A stretch of 59,408 nucleotides of DNA, counting the filler, from Squatina squatina (taxonomy: Eukaryota): NCBI GenBank assembly GCA_031763465.1. It is 3 parts of 3 records of this genome, joined end to end, with 100 filler letters (N's around TTAATTAATTAA, not from the genome) between each part and the next. Parts side by side here need not be neighbours in the genome. Positions count along the whole stretch, not along the records: positions 23,072 to 36,360 come from JARFOE010000231.1; positions 36,461 to 59,408 come from JARFOE010000120.1; 1 more part is not named here. One strand, given 5' to 3'. Of the stretch, positions 24,278 to 36,960 are shown one piece after another (positions within the stretch are counted from its first letter, which is position 1; each line of letters begins with the position of its first letter). The position numbers and the translations under genes were made by a program. Under the pieces are notes generated by a model, which saw nothing but the letters and a program-made list of their open reading frames with translations, did not search any database and was not told the DNA's origin.

Positions 24278-24864
24278 GTATATGCATTTTAAATTCATTT
24301 ATTTCTATGGTATTGAATTCATCTTAGCTCCTACAATATGTCTAAACGAACAAATATGTGAAAATGTAAACATAATCATGATTTAATATATTCACCATGT
24401 TTATTCAGGGTCCGTTTGTGTGACAGACTATACATTGGGAACGTTTCCAGTTGTATTCTCAGTATGACCTGTGCTTACTTTAAGGAGAGTTTTCAGATTC
24501 TGGAAGGATTTCAGAGAACACGTCGGAGGGTCTGGTCCTCATTAGTGATGTCACTGCTCGTGTGCCCATGCTTTTGAAGAAGGAAACCAAATGCTTATTA
24601 GCGGTTTAAAGGGCCACTGTATATTATACAAATTGGCGCCAGTTTTGAGCAATCACACCAGTCCATTCTGCAAAGAATGCACGCAAATGCATCCTGCTTC
24701 TCGGTTTGCCTGTAGTTTCTCCCACTTGGATTGGCAGGATTACTTAATAATAGATCCAGTGTAACCGCATATATTGGAAGGTTTAAAGCATCATTAATCT
24801 GGATTAGCGAGCATAGTATCCCTCTTTGGGCACTTAGAATAGTTGTATTTCTGAATTCAAACAT

Positions 24865-25062
24865 TCTAGGATAGTAGAATTTCACAGCACAGGAGGCCAA
24901 TTTGCCCATCGCACCCGTGCTAGCGTTCTGGAAAAGCCANNNNNNNNNNGGAGAAAGGAATGGAAGGATATGCTGATGGGGTTAGATGAAGTAGGGTGGG
25001 TAGAAGCCTGTGTGAAGCATAAACACTGGCATAGAGCAGTTGGGCTGTTTTATGCTGTAAAT
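24865..25062. mobile_element. Two CR1 3' tails in opposite orientation either side of a 10-N gap
   Basis: Minus-strand tail (CACAGCACAGGAGGCCAATTTGCCCATCG) at 24865-24939; plus-strand tail (GGATATGCTGATGGGGTTAGATGAAG...ATGCTGTAAAT) at 24950-25062. Confidence 0.75.
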
Positions 25063-25067
25063 TCAAT

Positions 25068-25230
25068 GGGGTAGAAATTGTCTTGGGCCACAGTGCATAA
25101 CAGGCAGTATCACATCGGTTGCCTTTGTACGCATTGCTTGATATTCAGTCCTTATGAAGTGAATGGAACTGAATATCGGGCTGGGTGTATAATGGGCGGC
25201 CGACACAATACAGACCAAGGCGAATTTCCA
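25068..25230. mobile_element. Palindromic MITE (PIF/Harbinger, Chompy-like core)
   Basis: Starts GGGGTAGAAATTG; perfect inner arms GATATTCAGT (25140-25149) and ACTGAATATC (25168-25177), with imperfect pairing extending outward. Confidence 0.75.
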
Positions 25231-28102
25231 AACTTGTGTAATTCTGAGTATATACAACATTACTGCCTAAAGCATACCATTTACAAGTCGAGTTATCCTG
25301 ATGTGATACTTTTTCAATTTGCGATGGTAAAATCAAGGGCATTGATGCAGTATTATCCACCCAGACAAGTTAGGAGCTGGTAAAATCTGAGCCTTTCTGC
25401 TGTGAAAATGTTAAGAAACTGCTTACAAAATATCAAGGAGGTGGAATTAAATTCGCAGAAGTGTTTTATAATGCAGCTGGAGAAATACAAGTGAGTCAGC
25501 AAAAACCAATACTGCATTTTCAAAACGCGTTATTTCTGTCTCAGGCTGGCTNNNNNNNNNNNNNNNNNNNNNNNNNNNNNNNNNNNNNNNNNNNNNNNNN
25601 NNNNNNNNNNNNNNNNNNNNNNNNNNNNNNNNNNNNNNNNNNNNNNNNNNNGTGCTCCTGTTAACGGACTACAGCATTCCTCTTTCCTGGTATACTCTGG
25701 ATCTAAAATGTACCTTGACATTTCAGCTGTCATCATTCGTTACCATTATGTAGCGTTGTTTTTCTGTATGGGGAATTTGCTTTGCAATGGGATAGTTAGT
25801 GATAGTATGAAGATGCAGCACTTTTGGCTTAACATGTGAAAAAAAGTGGGTGTAATAAATTCAATGACAGAAGCCCTGGTATGCATTCGATAACTTATAG
25901 CAAGAGTCAGTGACATATCTCTCAATGCGCAGTAATTAAATAATACTTTTGGAACTCCATTCCTTATTCCAGAAATACCAAAAGTATTACGAGGCTGCTC
26001 TTAGTCAAATTTGCCGCTGATGCAGGCAAAACTGATTCAAAAATCTTGGTTTGAGAGAACTCAGCTTAACTGCTGGTTGAGATCAATAACAAAAGCCTTT
26101 CCAACAACACAGGCAGCACCTGGGTCCTGCTTCATGCTCATAATATAGTTCAGTGAAAACCTAGAAAAGAAATATAAAAAGCAACATCAGGACAGCCAAA
26201 GTTAATATTTTTACTGCGGCAGTGAGTTATAGCAAAGGAACTAGTAGTTTCAACTATTGTGTAGGCAGATGATAGAGTTAATATCTTTCCCCACTGGCAA
26301 GATGCTCATTTATCATAAATGTTCTAAACGTTTACTGGGGAAAATTTTATGAGAAACGTCATTTTCCTTGTATGTGTGTTTCCCATTTGGCTGCCGAAAG
26401 ACATTTTGCAGATTTGAGTGTGTAAGCCTGACGGTCACGGAATCTCAGAGTTGGTTCCATGTACTCTGGATAAATGAATCAGGATCTCAGCACAGGTCAT
26501 CCAGTTTTCCTAACTCTTTTGAGCCCTCATGGTGCTGCGTCGATGCTGCCAAAGAACAGAAATACCACGAGCAATTGTGACAAATGTTGTAAAATCTGAA
26601 GGATTAAATGGCAGGTTTGGCATTTGAGAAAGAGCCTTTAATTAGATGCTGTAGAATTTTTCCCACTTAATAAAATAAATATGATCCAAATGTTTAGAAT
26701 ATCCAGCTTAACAAACATAAATATGTGGAAAAACTGAATTTAACTGGTTTAAAGCAGTTGATTTGGAGCAAATTCATTTTAAATCTACCAGAAATTGAAA
26801 TGACTCATTCTTTTTCACCTATATAAGGCTCCTCAGAACATTTAGCTATCTCCCTGTCTCTCTTGGGGATTCCCGCTTCTGAGAGTGTTAAGATATTTTA
26901 AGAAAATGTGCTCCATGACATGTCTTAACCCCACAGAGAGACTTAGCAATTGGTGCAAGAAATGTGGCCAATCAGATGTTGCCTTGTTGCACCATGAATC
27001 AACATCTGTAAGTTCAGGGATCAATCACTTCAAGTTCAACTTTCCTGGCCTTCAGTATTCACAGTTCACAGTTGGTACTTTTTTTTGAAGCACTTTGGTA
27101 CTACCGAAATGAGGGGATGATTAGAATGTCAAAATGTGTTTTCATCAAGAATAGAAAAAAAAATGCAGTTACAAAAATGAATGCTTTCTAGACATTATTG
27201 TTAGTAATCACGGGACACTATCTACAGCTACCGAAGGCTGGGCTGAGAAGACTATTTTCATCTTCCAGGTTCTTCTGTCCTTATCACAGGGACTGGATTT
27301 TTCCCCCTGGACTAGTAATACTGCTTTAGGGGGAAGTAAAAATTTTGCACAAAAAATTTAATTTGACATTTGCAGCGGTTTGAATAACTGTAGCTATTCT
27401 ACCCAGTGGGTTTTAGGAGCTGCGGTGCCCATTTAGTTGACGATAAATGAACAGAAGCGATTGTTCCCCGTATCAGGTGATCTGTGAATTTGAAGAGAAG
27501 AAAAGTTGTCCCCTACATGAGGGGTATTCCTGTCTCTGGCCATAATTATTGCTTCTTCAGACCAGGGATAAGGTCATAGGGAATACATGGTAGACATCCC
27601 AAATAAAAAAGCAAACAAACACGGCTGCCTCCGACCAATCAAAAAAGAGACTGAAAACACATCAGTGATGAAGCAAATATTTTTAAGTGTATAAATGTTC
27701 TTGCTTTTAATCTGAAATCCGGGTGGTGCTTTTTGGATGAAAGCTTACATTGACATTGCTTGTCTTGAGGTTTACCTTTTTCACTTAAAAAAAAGTCACA
27801 GCTACCTTTCTCATTGTGGTTGTAGTGACATATGACAGCCACTCCTTTACTACCTACTACAATGAAAACTCCTACACCAAGATAGCAATAATGGAGACAT
27901 GCAATGAGGAAGGAAGTTTTGGTACTTCTGCTGCCTTTTTGTGACAAAGAGATACCAATTAGGTCAAGTACAGATGTTGGCGAATTAGTCCAAAAACATC
28001 CCATTGAGGTCAGCTCAGGTTTTGAATTTTTTTCCAGTTCTTTTTCCTCACTGCTAACTCTTTCCAAGAGCATGCAGCCATTCCCTCCCACTGATGATTT
28101 CA

Positions 28103-28615
28103 AAGGGCCGGAACAGGCACGATGGGCCAAATGGCCTCCTTCTGTGCTGTAAGATTTCACGAAATAATATGGGACCTGTTAATCATATTGCGAGTACAAT
28201 ATAGACCACGGAATAGTGGGAAAGAAATCAAGGATGAGATTTAAAGGCAATTTTAGAGAGGTTTCAGTGATGAAAGGGTTTTAACAATGGGGCAACCTTA
28301 ACTATCCTAAGGTAGATTAGGATAAAACAAATGTTTATGATCAAAATGGCGAGCGATTTTTTTTTGCAGGGATTCAGGACTGTTTCCTTAATCAGGTAGA
28401 ACAAGGAAGGGTGCAGTGCTCGATCTGGTCCTTGGTGATGTAGCAGGACAAATATGTTACCTAAATGTAAAAGAATATTAACAAAATAGTGATTCCAATT
28501 TAATAAGGTTCACATTAAATATGTAGAAAAATAAGGGCGCCCAATTGGTCTTTTGCTATATATCGGGTCAATAGGTATAAATTTAGCGGCCATTTTGGAC
28601 CATTATCTTAAGACA
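28103..28615 (+). mobile_element. CR1 3' tail followed by a degenerate CR1 endonuclease-domain fragment
   Basis: GATGGGCCAAATGGCCTCCTTCTGTGCTGTAA, then remnants of G(D)FNYP.ID, F..IQDCFLNQ and GAVLDLVLG. Confidence 0.7.
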
Positions 28616-29815
28616 CAGAANNNNNNNNNNNNNNNNNNNNNNNNNNNNNNNNNNNNNNNNNNNNNNNNNNNNNNNNNNNNNNNNNNNNNNNNNNNNNNNN
28701 NNNNNNNNNNNNNNNNNNNNAACAGCTATGAATTGGTTGATATTTTTGGCACTGGCTCGAAGTCCCATTTTCTGATTTAGAAGAAAAAAAAGGTAGCAGG
28801 CGTCAGCCCAAGGCACACTCTGCTCTCTGCCTGCCAGCTCCAAGTGGTCTCGGATGACATCTCACATCTCTCAGAGAAACACTAAATCCCTCCGATTGGT
28901 TCTCTGCCGTATTTTCCCATTTTTTTTTCCTCCATGTGCAGTGGCTGACTTTTTTAATTGCTTTAATCTGTACAAACATTTATAAAGATGGTGGTGGCAA
29001 CACTAATTACTTGCATATTAGGAATGATTTCTTTGCTATAATGAAAACAAATTGAACGGTAAAAGCCCTGATTTTTTGGATTGCTAATAGCCGGGGAGGG
29101 GAGGTGTTCCTTAACATTACAGAAAAAATTTTGTTGGGTTTATTTATTTAGTCTGTGGGTGAGAGTAAGGTATTTTACCATTGCAAATTTGTCGTCTTAT
29201 TTTGTGATTTATAGTGTTTTGCTTGTACTTTGTCACGGAGACCGTTCTTTAATTGGTTTCAGGAGATTTTTTTTTAAACTTGACATTCGCATTGATAAAA
29301 CACAATTATATGGCATGCAGGCACTATTATTATTTGCACCTTCTCTTGGCTCCACGCAATTGGCTACCGCTGCATTTGGACAGTGAATTCTTTTATACGC
29401 GTTGATATACGCACTGGTATATCAATAGCTGCCTTTAAACTCAGTAACCCCTTGAGTGCCGGTTGCCCTTTGCGATTTATCAAAATATATAGCAGCGTTC
29501 TTAAACCCAGAAGCACTCGGAGCATTATTTTTCTGTCAGTTTTTTTGATACTGAGTTTGAAAGCAGAGTTGAGCGATTTGACTGTGGGGACCATCGTGAC
29601 CAAGCCCTGCACGCTCTTTCCAAATGGCAGGGCATGGAGAAAGTTTCGAGTTGTACACACTCCTTTTAAATGGAGTCTCAGTCCTCCTTGTGCGTAAGAA
29701 TCTAACAGAAATGGGNNNNNNNNNNNNNNNNNNNNNNNNNNNNNNNNNNNNNNNNNNNNNNNNNNNNNNNNNNNNNNNNNNNNNNNNNNNNNNNNNNNNN
29801 NNNNNNNNNNNNNNN

Positions 29816-30042
29816 TAAATCTTTGGAACTGCCTGTCCCAAGGAGCTGTGGATGCTCAATTGTTGAGTATATTCAAGGCTGAGATCGATAGATTTTTGGA
29901 CTCTCGAAGAATCAAAGGATATGGGGATTGGTCGAGGAAGTAGAATTGAGTTAGAAGGTCAGCCATGATCATGTTGAATGGTGGAGCGGGCTCGAGGGGC
30001 CGAATGGCCTACTCCTGCTCATATTTCTTATGTTCTTATGTT
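29816..30042 (+). mobile_element. CR1 LINE 3' end
   Basis: NLWNCL...AVDAQ.LSIFKAEIDRFL; GGGCCGAATGGCCTACTCCTGCTC followed by (TTCTTATG)2. Confidence 0.92.
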
Positions 30043-31157
30043 CTTCCGTTCTATATGTTGGCATCTTGAATTTCACTTCCTGTTGGCTGTCCACAGAACA
30101 GCCGCAGTTCTGGCCAAAGGTGGGAATGTTTGGTTAAACAAAGTGTGGCCAAGGCAAGGGCAAAAGCCTGTCAAAACAATGGTACACCTTTTCGAAGCCT
30201 TTAATATAATGGGATCCCTTTAAATAAAACACTGAAGGATTTGCACTATTATTATTTCTATCGTAAATTGAGCTGTGAATATGAATTTGGTTAGCCGTAT
30301 AATGTTTGAATTTGATCCACTGGAACAACTCCTTGTTGGCAGTTCAATACTAAATTTGAGCAGCGGAAGTTTCCTTCAGCCTAGAATTGAGTCATTTTTG
30401 CTTGTTTCTGACTGACTGATCCCACCTACATTCCCTTCGAATGTCACCCACTGCAATACCCTTTACCATGGCTCACACCTACTGCTGCACTTCTTGTCTC
30501 AACGTGATCCTCTTGACATTTACTGCTTTTATTTGTTTAAACTTCTCAGTTGAAAAGGGAGGTGAAACAGTGGAGATCTCGGTGAGGGCTGTAAGATATT
30601 TAAACTTGCGATTATTTGGTTTTATGGTTCATGGTGTCCATTGCTGAAAATCTGAGGTTGCTTTGTTCATCCAATCTTTCAATTAGCCTTGGCAGCCGTT
30701 GCATAGCTCCAAGCCATTTTCCATTTCTGTTAAGAGGCTTTTGTCGATCCCTTCACACATTTGATAAGACAAACCCTACCGAATAACTGCGGCCATACGC
30801 CATAAAGATTGTCTGTGATTATTCTATCTTACTAGGGGATATAGAGAAATCCAGACTTCTCTCATTTCATTTGACGCTGGCTCGCCAATGATTGAAATTT
30901 GGCAGGGACGCTTGTGTTAAAATTAGTTAAAACCAAAAGACTGCCAAATCGAAAGCAATTAGAGTGGTTCTTACAACGAATTGGGCCAAATATCTGGATT
31001 TTTTTTTTAAATTCTGGGAGATTACAGACGTGATGGTGAGGTGGGAGGGTCCTGTATNNNNNNNNNNNNNNNNNNNNNNNNNNNNNNNNNNNNNNNNNNN
31101 NNNNNNNNNNNNNNNNNNNNNNNNNNNNNNNNNNNNNNNNNNNNNNNNNNNNNNNNN

Positions 31158-31265
31158 ATGTTAGTATCGTCCGCAAGTTTGGACGGCAGTCCATCTAGCC
31201 CTATATCCAAATCATTGATGTTCACAGTGAACAGAACATTCGCTGGAAGTTCGCTTGTATGATCC
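31158..31265 (-). mobile_element. CR1 reverse transcriptase fragment
   Basis: Peptide LFTVNINDLDIGLDGLPSKLADDTN, a decayed F..YINDL...SKFADDTK catalytic motif. Confidence 0.8.
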
Positions 31266-32216
31266 AAGGCACTGAAGGCAACAGACTTTCCAAACTGGCA
31301 ACTGTGATTCTCACTCTGTGAGATTAAAAAATGATGAATGGGGCCTCCATGCCTTATGCCAGTGACACTCAGTAACCCAGTGATTTGAGAGGGTGGAGAA
31401 TCAAGTGTAGCTGAGGTGGAATCCCTTTCAATTTCCTGTCTCCTGTAAGATTGGCACCTCTCCTCTGCCCAGTTCGATGTCCAGCCAAGATAAGCTCCTG
31501 GTGGGAAGCTTCAGTTCAACCATAACCTAAAGGGAGGACCCAAGCCTGGGTAACACAATCACTGGTGTAGCGCCCGAGCACACCACATCTCTGAGATGCC
31601 TAGATTTCCACTTTTACCATAGCATAACAGTTTGAATTTTATTACAGTTTTCTTCAAAGGGAGTTTTAATTGGAAACTTGTGTTATGGAGCTCGCAAATG
31701 AATTGACGGCCTTCACAAAGGAATAGTCCTTTCATTAGCTTAGTAGCGTGGAAATATTTCTTCTGAACCTAAGCGATTATAGTTGCCCCACACATATAAT
31801 AACATGTTTAACTGGATCAGATGCCAGCACGGTGCTCTGGTTAAATGGTTAACTTTAATGCTCTATAATTTTGTACCTATATAGTTAACATAGCATTAAC
31901 TTGAAAAATGCAGCTGCTTAGCTTTTAGGAAAAAATCTTGGCATCGCAAGAGGCAGGGTCGGTGGCTTTTCTATAAATTAGTCATTTTAAGCTTCAGTTA
32001 CNNNNNNNNNNNNNNNNNNNNNNNNNNNNNNNNNNNNNNNNNNNNNNNNNNNNNNNNNNNNNNNNNNNNNNNNNNNNNNNNNNNNNNNNNNNNNNNNNNN
32101 NAGTTTTTGTCCAGCAATTCTATGTTCCCAAAATAAAATCTTCCATTAACATAACAGCTCTGTCAAGAACTTGGATATTGTAGCATATTATTAAATTTAT
32201 ACTTATTGTTCTGCAG

Positions 32217-32318
32217 GTTCAGCATTTGCACCAAGTGGTAGCACTATCATTGGAGGCAATACAGGAGTATTTATAGGAGGACTTCCACAGGAATTTACCA
32301 TTGTCAGAGAGGATACAG
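32217..32318 (+). CDS. USH2A: Usherin exon, first laminin-G domain (equivalent to human exon 24, 102 nt)
   Basis: ttgttctgcAG|GT TCA GCA TTT...GAT ACA G|GTaaaa; peptide GSAFAPSGSTIIGGNTGVFIGGLPQEFTIVREDT versus recalled human GSSAILNGSTVIGDNTGVFLGGLPRSYTILRKDP. Same phase (1-1) and recalled length. Confidence 0.88.
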
Positions 32319-33406
32319 GTAAAAAAAAACATGTTCTGACTTATTATTTGGTTCAGTTGTAACATCTTGAGAACTGACATCTCCAGGGTTATTATTTTTG
32401 TTTAGCTTTGAGGGGATTCGACTGTCCCTTGGCTCGTATATTGGCAGAGGTTTACTGTCTCCGAAACTGGCTGCTGTTAAGTAGCAGCAATAGGCAGGGT
32501 GGCAGCAACTGGTAATTGGTGACGAATGGGAGCCTTATTGACCGGCTCTGGCAACACACAGTCAGGAACTGGAGGAAGTATTTTAATAATAATGACTCCC
32601 TTATTTTGCCATTCTAAAAAAAAATAAAACTATTGAAACCATACATTAAAATCCTACATGGAATGTGTGTTGAGGAGATACGGTACGATGTGTCAACCTT
32701 CCAGCTGCTGTAACATGGACAATTTAACTTCACTCTTAAATTATGAGATGGTGGTGAAGTTTTTAAATGTAAGGATAGAGAAACAGAGCGAATGACTGTG
32801 AAGGAAATAGTGCGAATTAGAGTCAAATTAAATAGTGAATTTAGAGATAGAGAAAACAAAGGATAAGAAAGAAAAGAAATCCATTTCTCCCTGTCCCTAA
32901 GCAAGATTCCATCCCCTTCTCCATTAGCTTATAAGTAGGAAACAATAGAACAAGACCTGCCTTTCAACAAAACCAGAAGGGATATACATAACCTCTGGGA
33001 AATCTGATTTTTGGCAATTAATGTTGCCAACCCAATTCCCCCACAAAGCGTCACTATTTGATGTTGCACAATAAAAGAGAATGCAGCTTTTAGAAAATCT
33101 AAATGTGTAATATAATTAGCTTATACGATTGGTGTGAGAGGATTCAGACAAAACCAGTAACTAACCTAATCCTTACATCAGCACCCGCCTGCAATGGCAC
33201 CAAGTTGAAAGGAGAAAAGTTCCAATTTCCACTCTGGTCTTCTCTGTGACAGGTTGTGTCTAAAGTACCACGGATTAATGATCAGTTGAATTGACAGTTC
33301 CAGCAGNNNNNNNNNNNNNNNNNNNNNNNNNNNNNNNNNNNNNNNNNNNNNNNNNNNNNNNNNNNNNNNNNNNNNNNNNNNNNNNNNNNNNNNNNNNNNN
33401 NNNNNN

Positions 33407-33525
33407 CAGCACTGGGGGAGTACCGTCACCACACGGACTGCCGCGGTTCAAGGGCAATTAGGGATGGGCAATAAATGCTGACCTTGCCAGCGGCACCGAC
33501 ATCTCGTGAATACATTTTAAAAAAA
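33407..33525 (+). mobile_element. LINE (L2/CR1-group) 3' end sharing its tail with the tRNA-SINE family
   Basis: Coding-like ST.GVPSPHGL.RFK followed by GGGCAATTAGGGATGGGCAATAAATGCTG and an A-rich end. Confidence 0.75.
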
Positions 33526-33640
33526 GAATCCCAATGGTACTGACCTACGACAAAAGAAATGAAAGCACACAATTCAATGGAGTGTGGCTCTCAGAATCTC
33601 CTGCATTGTAGGGTGCAGCAGTACTCACACCCAGACAACA

Positions 33641-33951
33641 TCTTACCACATCGTTGAAATGTCTCAAAGGGCTTCACACGGCAAATTACTTTTAAAGCAC
33701 AGTGATATTTGCTAACTTGTGCAAATCCAGCAGCCTCCCTGTGCCAGCAACATCTTAAAAACAGCAATCAGATGAATTGGCTAGATAATCCATTATTTTT
33801 CAGTGATACAGGGTAAGGGAGGAATGTTGGCCAGAACACTGGGAAAACGCCCTTCCCTTCTTTGAGTAGTGCCATCTGACCAGGCAAACAAGGCCTCACC
33901 AGCAATGCAATGTTCTCTCAATACTGCGGTGAAATGTCAGCCTAGATTTTG
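33641..33951 (-). mobile_element. Old degenerate DeuSINE copy
   Basis: Remnants GGGAGGAATGTTGGCCAGAACACTGGGA, TTCTTTGAGTAGTGCCAT and CTCAATACTGC..TGAAATGTCAGCCTAGATTTTG. Confidence 0.7.
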
Positions 33952-36360
33952 TTTAACTGTATTACAGAGATGGCAATCAAGGATTAATACTTGGGGCACA
34001 GCACCCCAGGCTGACCCAACAGTGTTCTAATTCCATTCCATTATTTTCTTTTTTGTCATTATTAGTGTCAATTTTAAATGTTTTTTCAGATGTGTTGAAA
34101 AAAAAAGGCGATGAAATGAATGAGAACCTTGTGAGCATGCAGCTCCAGTCTGTACCTTTAACCCATAGGGGACTATCATGCTGTACTTAGCACTTAGTGA
34201 AACTGATATTTCTCTTACATTCCTGCTTAAGGATAGAATAAGATGGACTATTTTGGTACAGCATGGTGGTAAGGCAGGTTGACATGGCAATCTGATGTGC
34301 AACAGTGAGTTCCAGTGAGTAAGGGGAAGGTGATGAGCAGAGGTCAGGCACTTACGCCAATAGGGAGAGAAGAGAATTCGGAGTCTGGGCCATCTACAGA
34401 CAGCGCATAGTTCTGGCAGCAGGTCCTGTGTCTGGTGTCCTAGCCATGGAATAATACATGCTGTGGGGAGACCTGAAAGAGGGGGAGGAATATCCAGCAA
34501 CAAAGTGAAGCAAAAATAAATGGAACGTCTTTCTTTAACATGTTAAGATAATTAATAAGACCTAGTGAGCAAATGGTGTATTTCAACGAGATACATCACC
34601 CATGTAAAGTTTATGAAATAAGCTTGTTTTTCAAACTTTTACACTTTTTCACATTTATTCTTTGTCTCCCATTTGTAAGAAATTGGGATAAAAGTTGGCC
34701 CTTGAGGCACCCTTTCTCCATGTGGACAATGGCAGCAAACATCACCAATTCCACAGGGCCATGCCCTGTGCTCCAAGGGCACCTGAAATACATCCAACGC
34801 CATATTGGGCTGGGATTGCTGCTGCCTAAATGGCCACTGACCTTCTTGTGCAGCTGTAGGAGTAGGTATGCTCCCCTCCTCATCCTCCCTAAGGACCTAC
34901 CTCAGAGCTGCTACCAGCGAGGCAGCTGGCTCAAATTTTGTCTCCAACTTCAGGCAAGCTGCCTCTAGAGGTGCAGATNNNNNNNNNNNNNNNNNNNNNN
35001 NNNNNNNNNNNNNNNNNNNNNNNNNNNNNNNNNNNNNNNNNNNNNNNNNNNNNNNNNNNNNNNNNNNNNNNNNNNNNNATTAAAGCCGCAAACGTTAGAC
35101 ATGTTTTCCCAGTGACCAGAGCTGAGTTTTGAAATAAGAACTGGAGTGACTACAATTGAAGGGTTTCATGTGAAGCAAATTCTAATTGTGTTTGATTGTG
35201 TTTGGAATATAAAAAGCACAAACTGGAATTCTTAAATAAAGCACATAAAAACCAGACCACCCTTCAACCCTGATTCAACGTGGAGAGTACTCGTCTTAAT
35301 TAAGTTTCCTGATTTGTTTCATGGTGAAGTTAGGATTAGTAATCCAGGCGCTTGCACCACACTGCTGAATAAAGCCCACATACTGACACTTTGGGAAGGA
35401 CCTCCATGTCAGCTTCTCGGCAGCCTCATTCCTGGTGCTCACAGGCCATATCGTCTGCAATAGCAGAAAAAATGATGTAGCCATTTCAAGTTTATTTTAC
35501 GATCCACATGACCTGGGGGAATTGCTACTGTGTTCGCTCCTAATGAGCCACAATTTTGTTCTTTTCGAGCTCTTGAAGCATGAAGAGCTCCTCCTGGAAT
35601 TTTAGCCCTCATGCTTACGGCCTTTGGAAAACACAATAAATACCGGTGACAAACGCTGATTTGTAGAAACACGCGCTACATCAACAATGCTCATGTAGTG
35701 TTCGTACCAGCAAAGATCTCCTCAGGTCTAAATACAGTCCCCCCACCCCTCGCCACGATAACACCGATAAATCCCTGAAATAAGGTGGAGGGTCAATTAA
35801 TTAAAATTGCAATGTTCTTCCTTTGCTGGAACTTCAACCCCTTAAGAACTATTGTTAACTATTTGCACTAGAATAAATCCCCCCCCAATAACTTGATACT
35901 GAAACAATATGAATATACAATTGTGCATGTTTACTGTTTTACTTATTCTCATTTTAGGGTCATTCAGCAACACTGATTTCCCACAGCTCATGAAATGGGG
36001 TCCTTGCTGTGTTCTCAACCTTTCGCAAGTCTGAGTGTGACAATGTTTTTGTTGCTATGTTACAGAATTATTTGAGTCATGCAAAAAAATTTTAAAAAGT
36101 CCCACAAACATCCCACATTTCCTAACTGTCTGGGATCTGGGTTTTAAACCTCTTGGGGTGCCGGTCTTTTTATTTTTGTCTTTTTCAAAAACTCCCCTGT
36201 GAATTTACAACCCGCAACCATCCTCCCTCGCCCTGCTTTCACTTAGCTGAGATTGCTTTCTGCGTCAACACATTTTTGGCTATGTAACTTGCTAATGTTA
36301 ATGTTATGTACTGGGAATAGGTTTTGACTTTGATTGTGACAACTACGGCAACTCTAGTAG

Positions 36361-36460
36361 NNNNNNNNNNNNNNNNNNNNNNNNNNNNNNNNNNNNNNNN
36401 NNNNTTAATTAATTAANNNNNNNNNNNNNNNNNNNNNNNNNNNNNNNNNNNNNNNNNNNN
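36361..36460. other. Artificial scaffold linker (44N-TTAATTAATTAA-44N)
   Basis: Identical construct, 12-mer at 36405-36416. Confidence 0.97.
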
Positions 36461-36558
36461 TTACCGTTTCATCCAAAAGACATCACCTCCAACAATGCGG
36501 CACTCACTCAGTACTGTGCTTTAGTGTCAGCCTAGATTTTGAGATTGAGTCGCTGGAA
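36461..36558 (-). mobile_element. DeuSINE fragment
   Basis: TTTCATCCAAAAGACATCACCTCCAACAATGCGGCACTCACTCAGTACTG...GTGTCAGCCTAGATT. Confidence 0.8.
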
Positions 36559-36800
36559 TGAAGAAGAGAAATGTGGTGGGTCCCGATTGTTTATATTTAT
36601 TTACACCCATTTAATGTTCGGGCATATTCTAATGAGATTGGCAGTAAATTTGAGAGTCACTTTACATCGGCAGAATGGACGCATTTTCAGGTCTAACTTC
36701 TGGGTTGTGCCAATGGAGGAAATTCCAGGCCTACTAGTGAAACTGTGAGCATCACTAACATTGTACCATTCTGAGGCACATCACATTCATTTAAACTTAC

Positions 36801-36960
36801 TTTAGTTGTGTTTTGTTCAAATTGCATTCTTTCCAGACTTTCTGAACCATCTGATTGGTTACTTTCTGAGGAATTTTACCAGAATGTTTTGGGCTTGATG
36901 CACTTACAACTCCGTCTTGTCCACTCACATGACTAATGGCAGTCTGTGCAATCCCATCAC
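36801..36960 (-). CDS. MED13L: MED13L coding exon 8 (160 nt)
   Basis: aaagcAG|GT GAT GGG...CAA CTA AA|GTaagt; peptide DGIAQTAISHVSGQDGVVSASSPKHSGKIPQKVTNQMVQKVWKECNLNKTQL, similar to the recalled human [30 protein letters not shown]. Confidence 0.93.

Noticed and set aside
24497-24580. Possible downstream USP exon (ILEGFQRTRRRV...)
   Set aside because: No AYLLxY-type motif and no good donor.
27639-28160. 173-aa minus-strand ORF
   Set aside because: Starts inside a CR1 tail and has no recognisable homology.
29364-29697. Overlapping ~100-aa ORFs on both strands
   Set aside because: No match to USH2A or any protein I recognise; no consistent splice pair.
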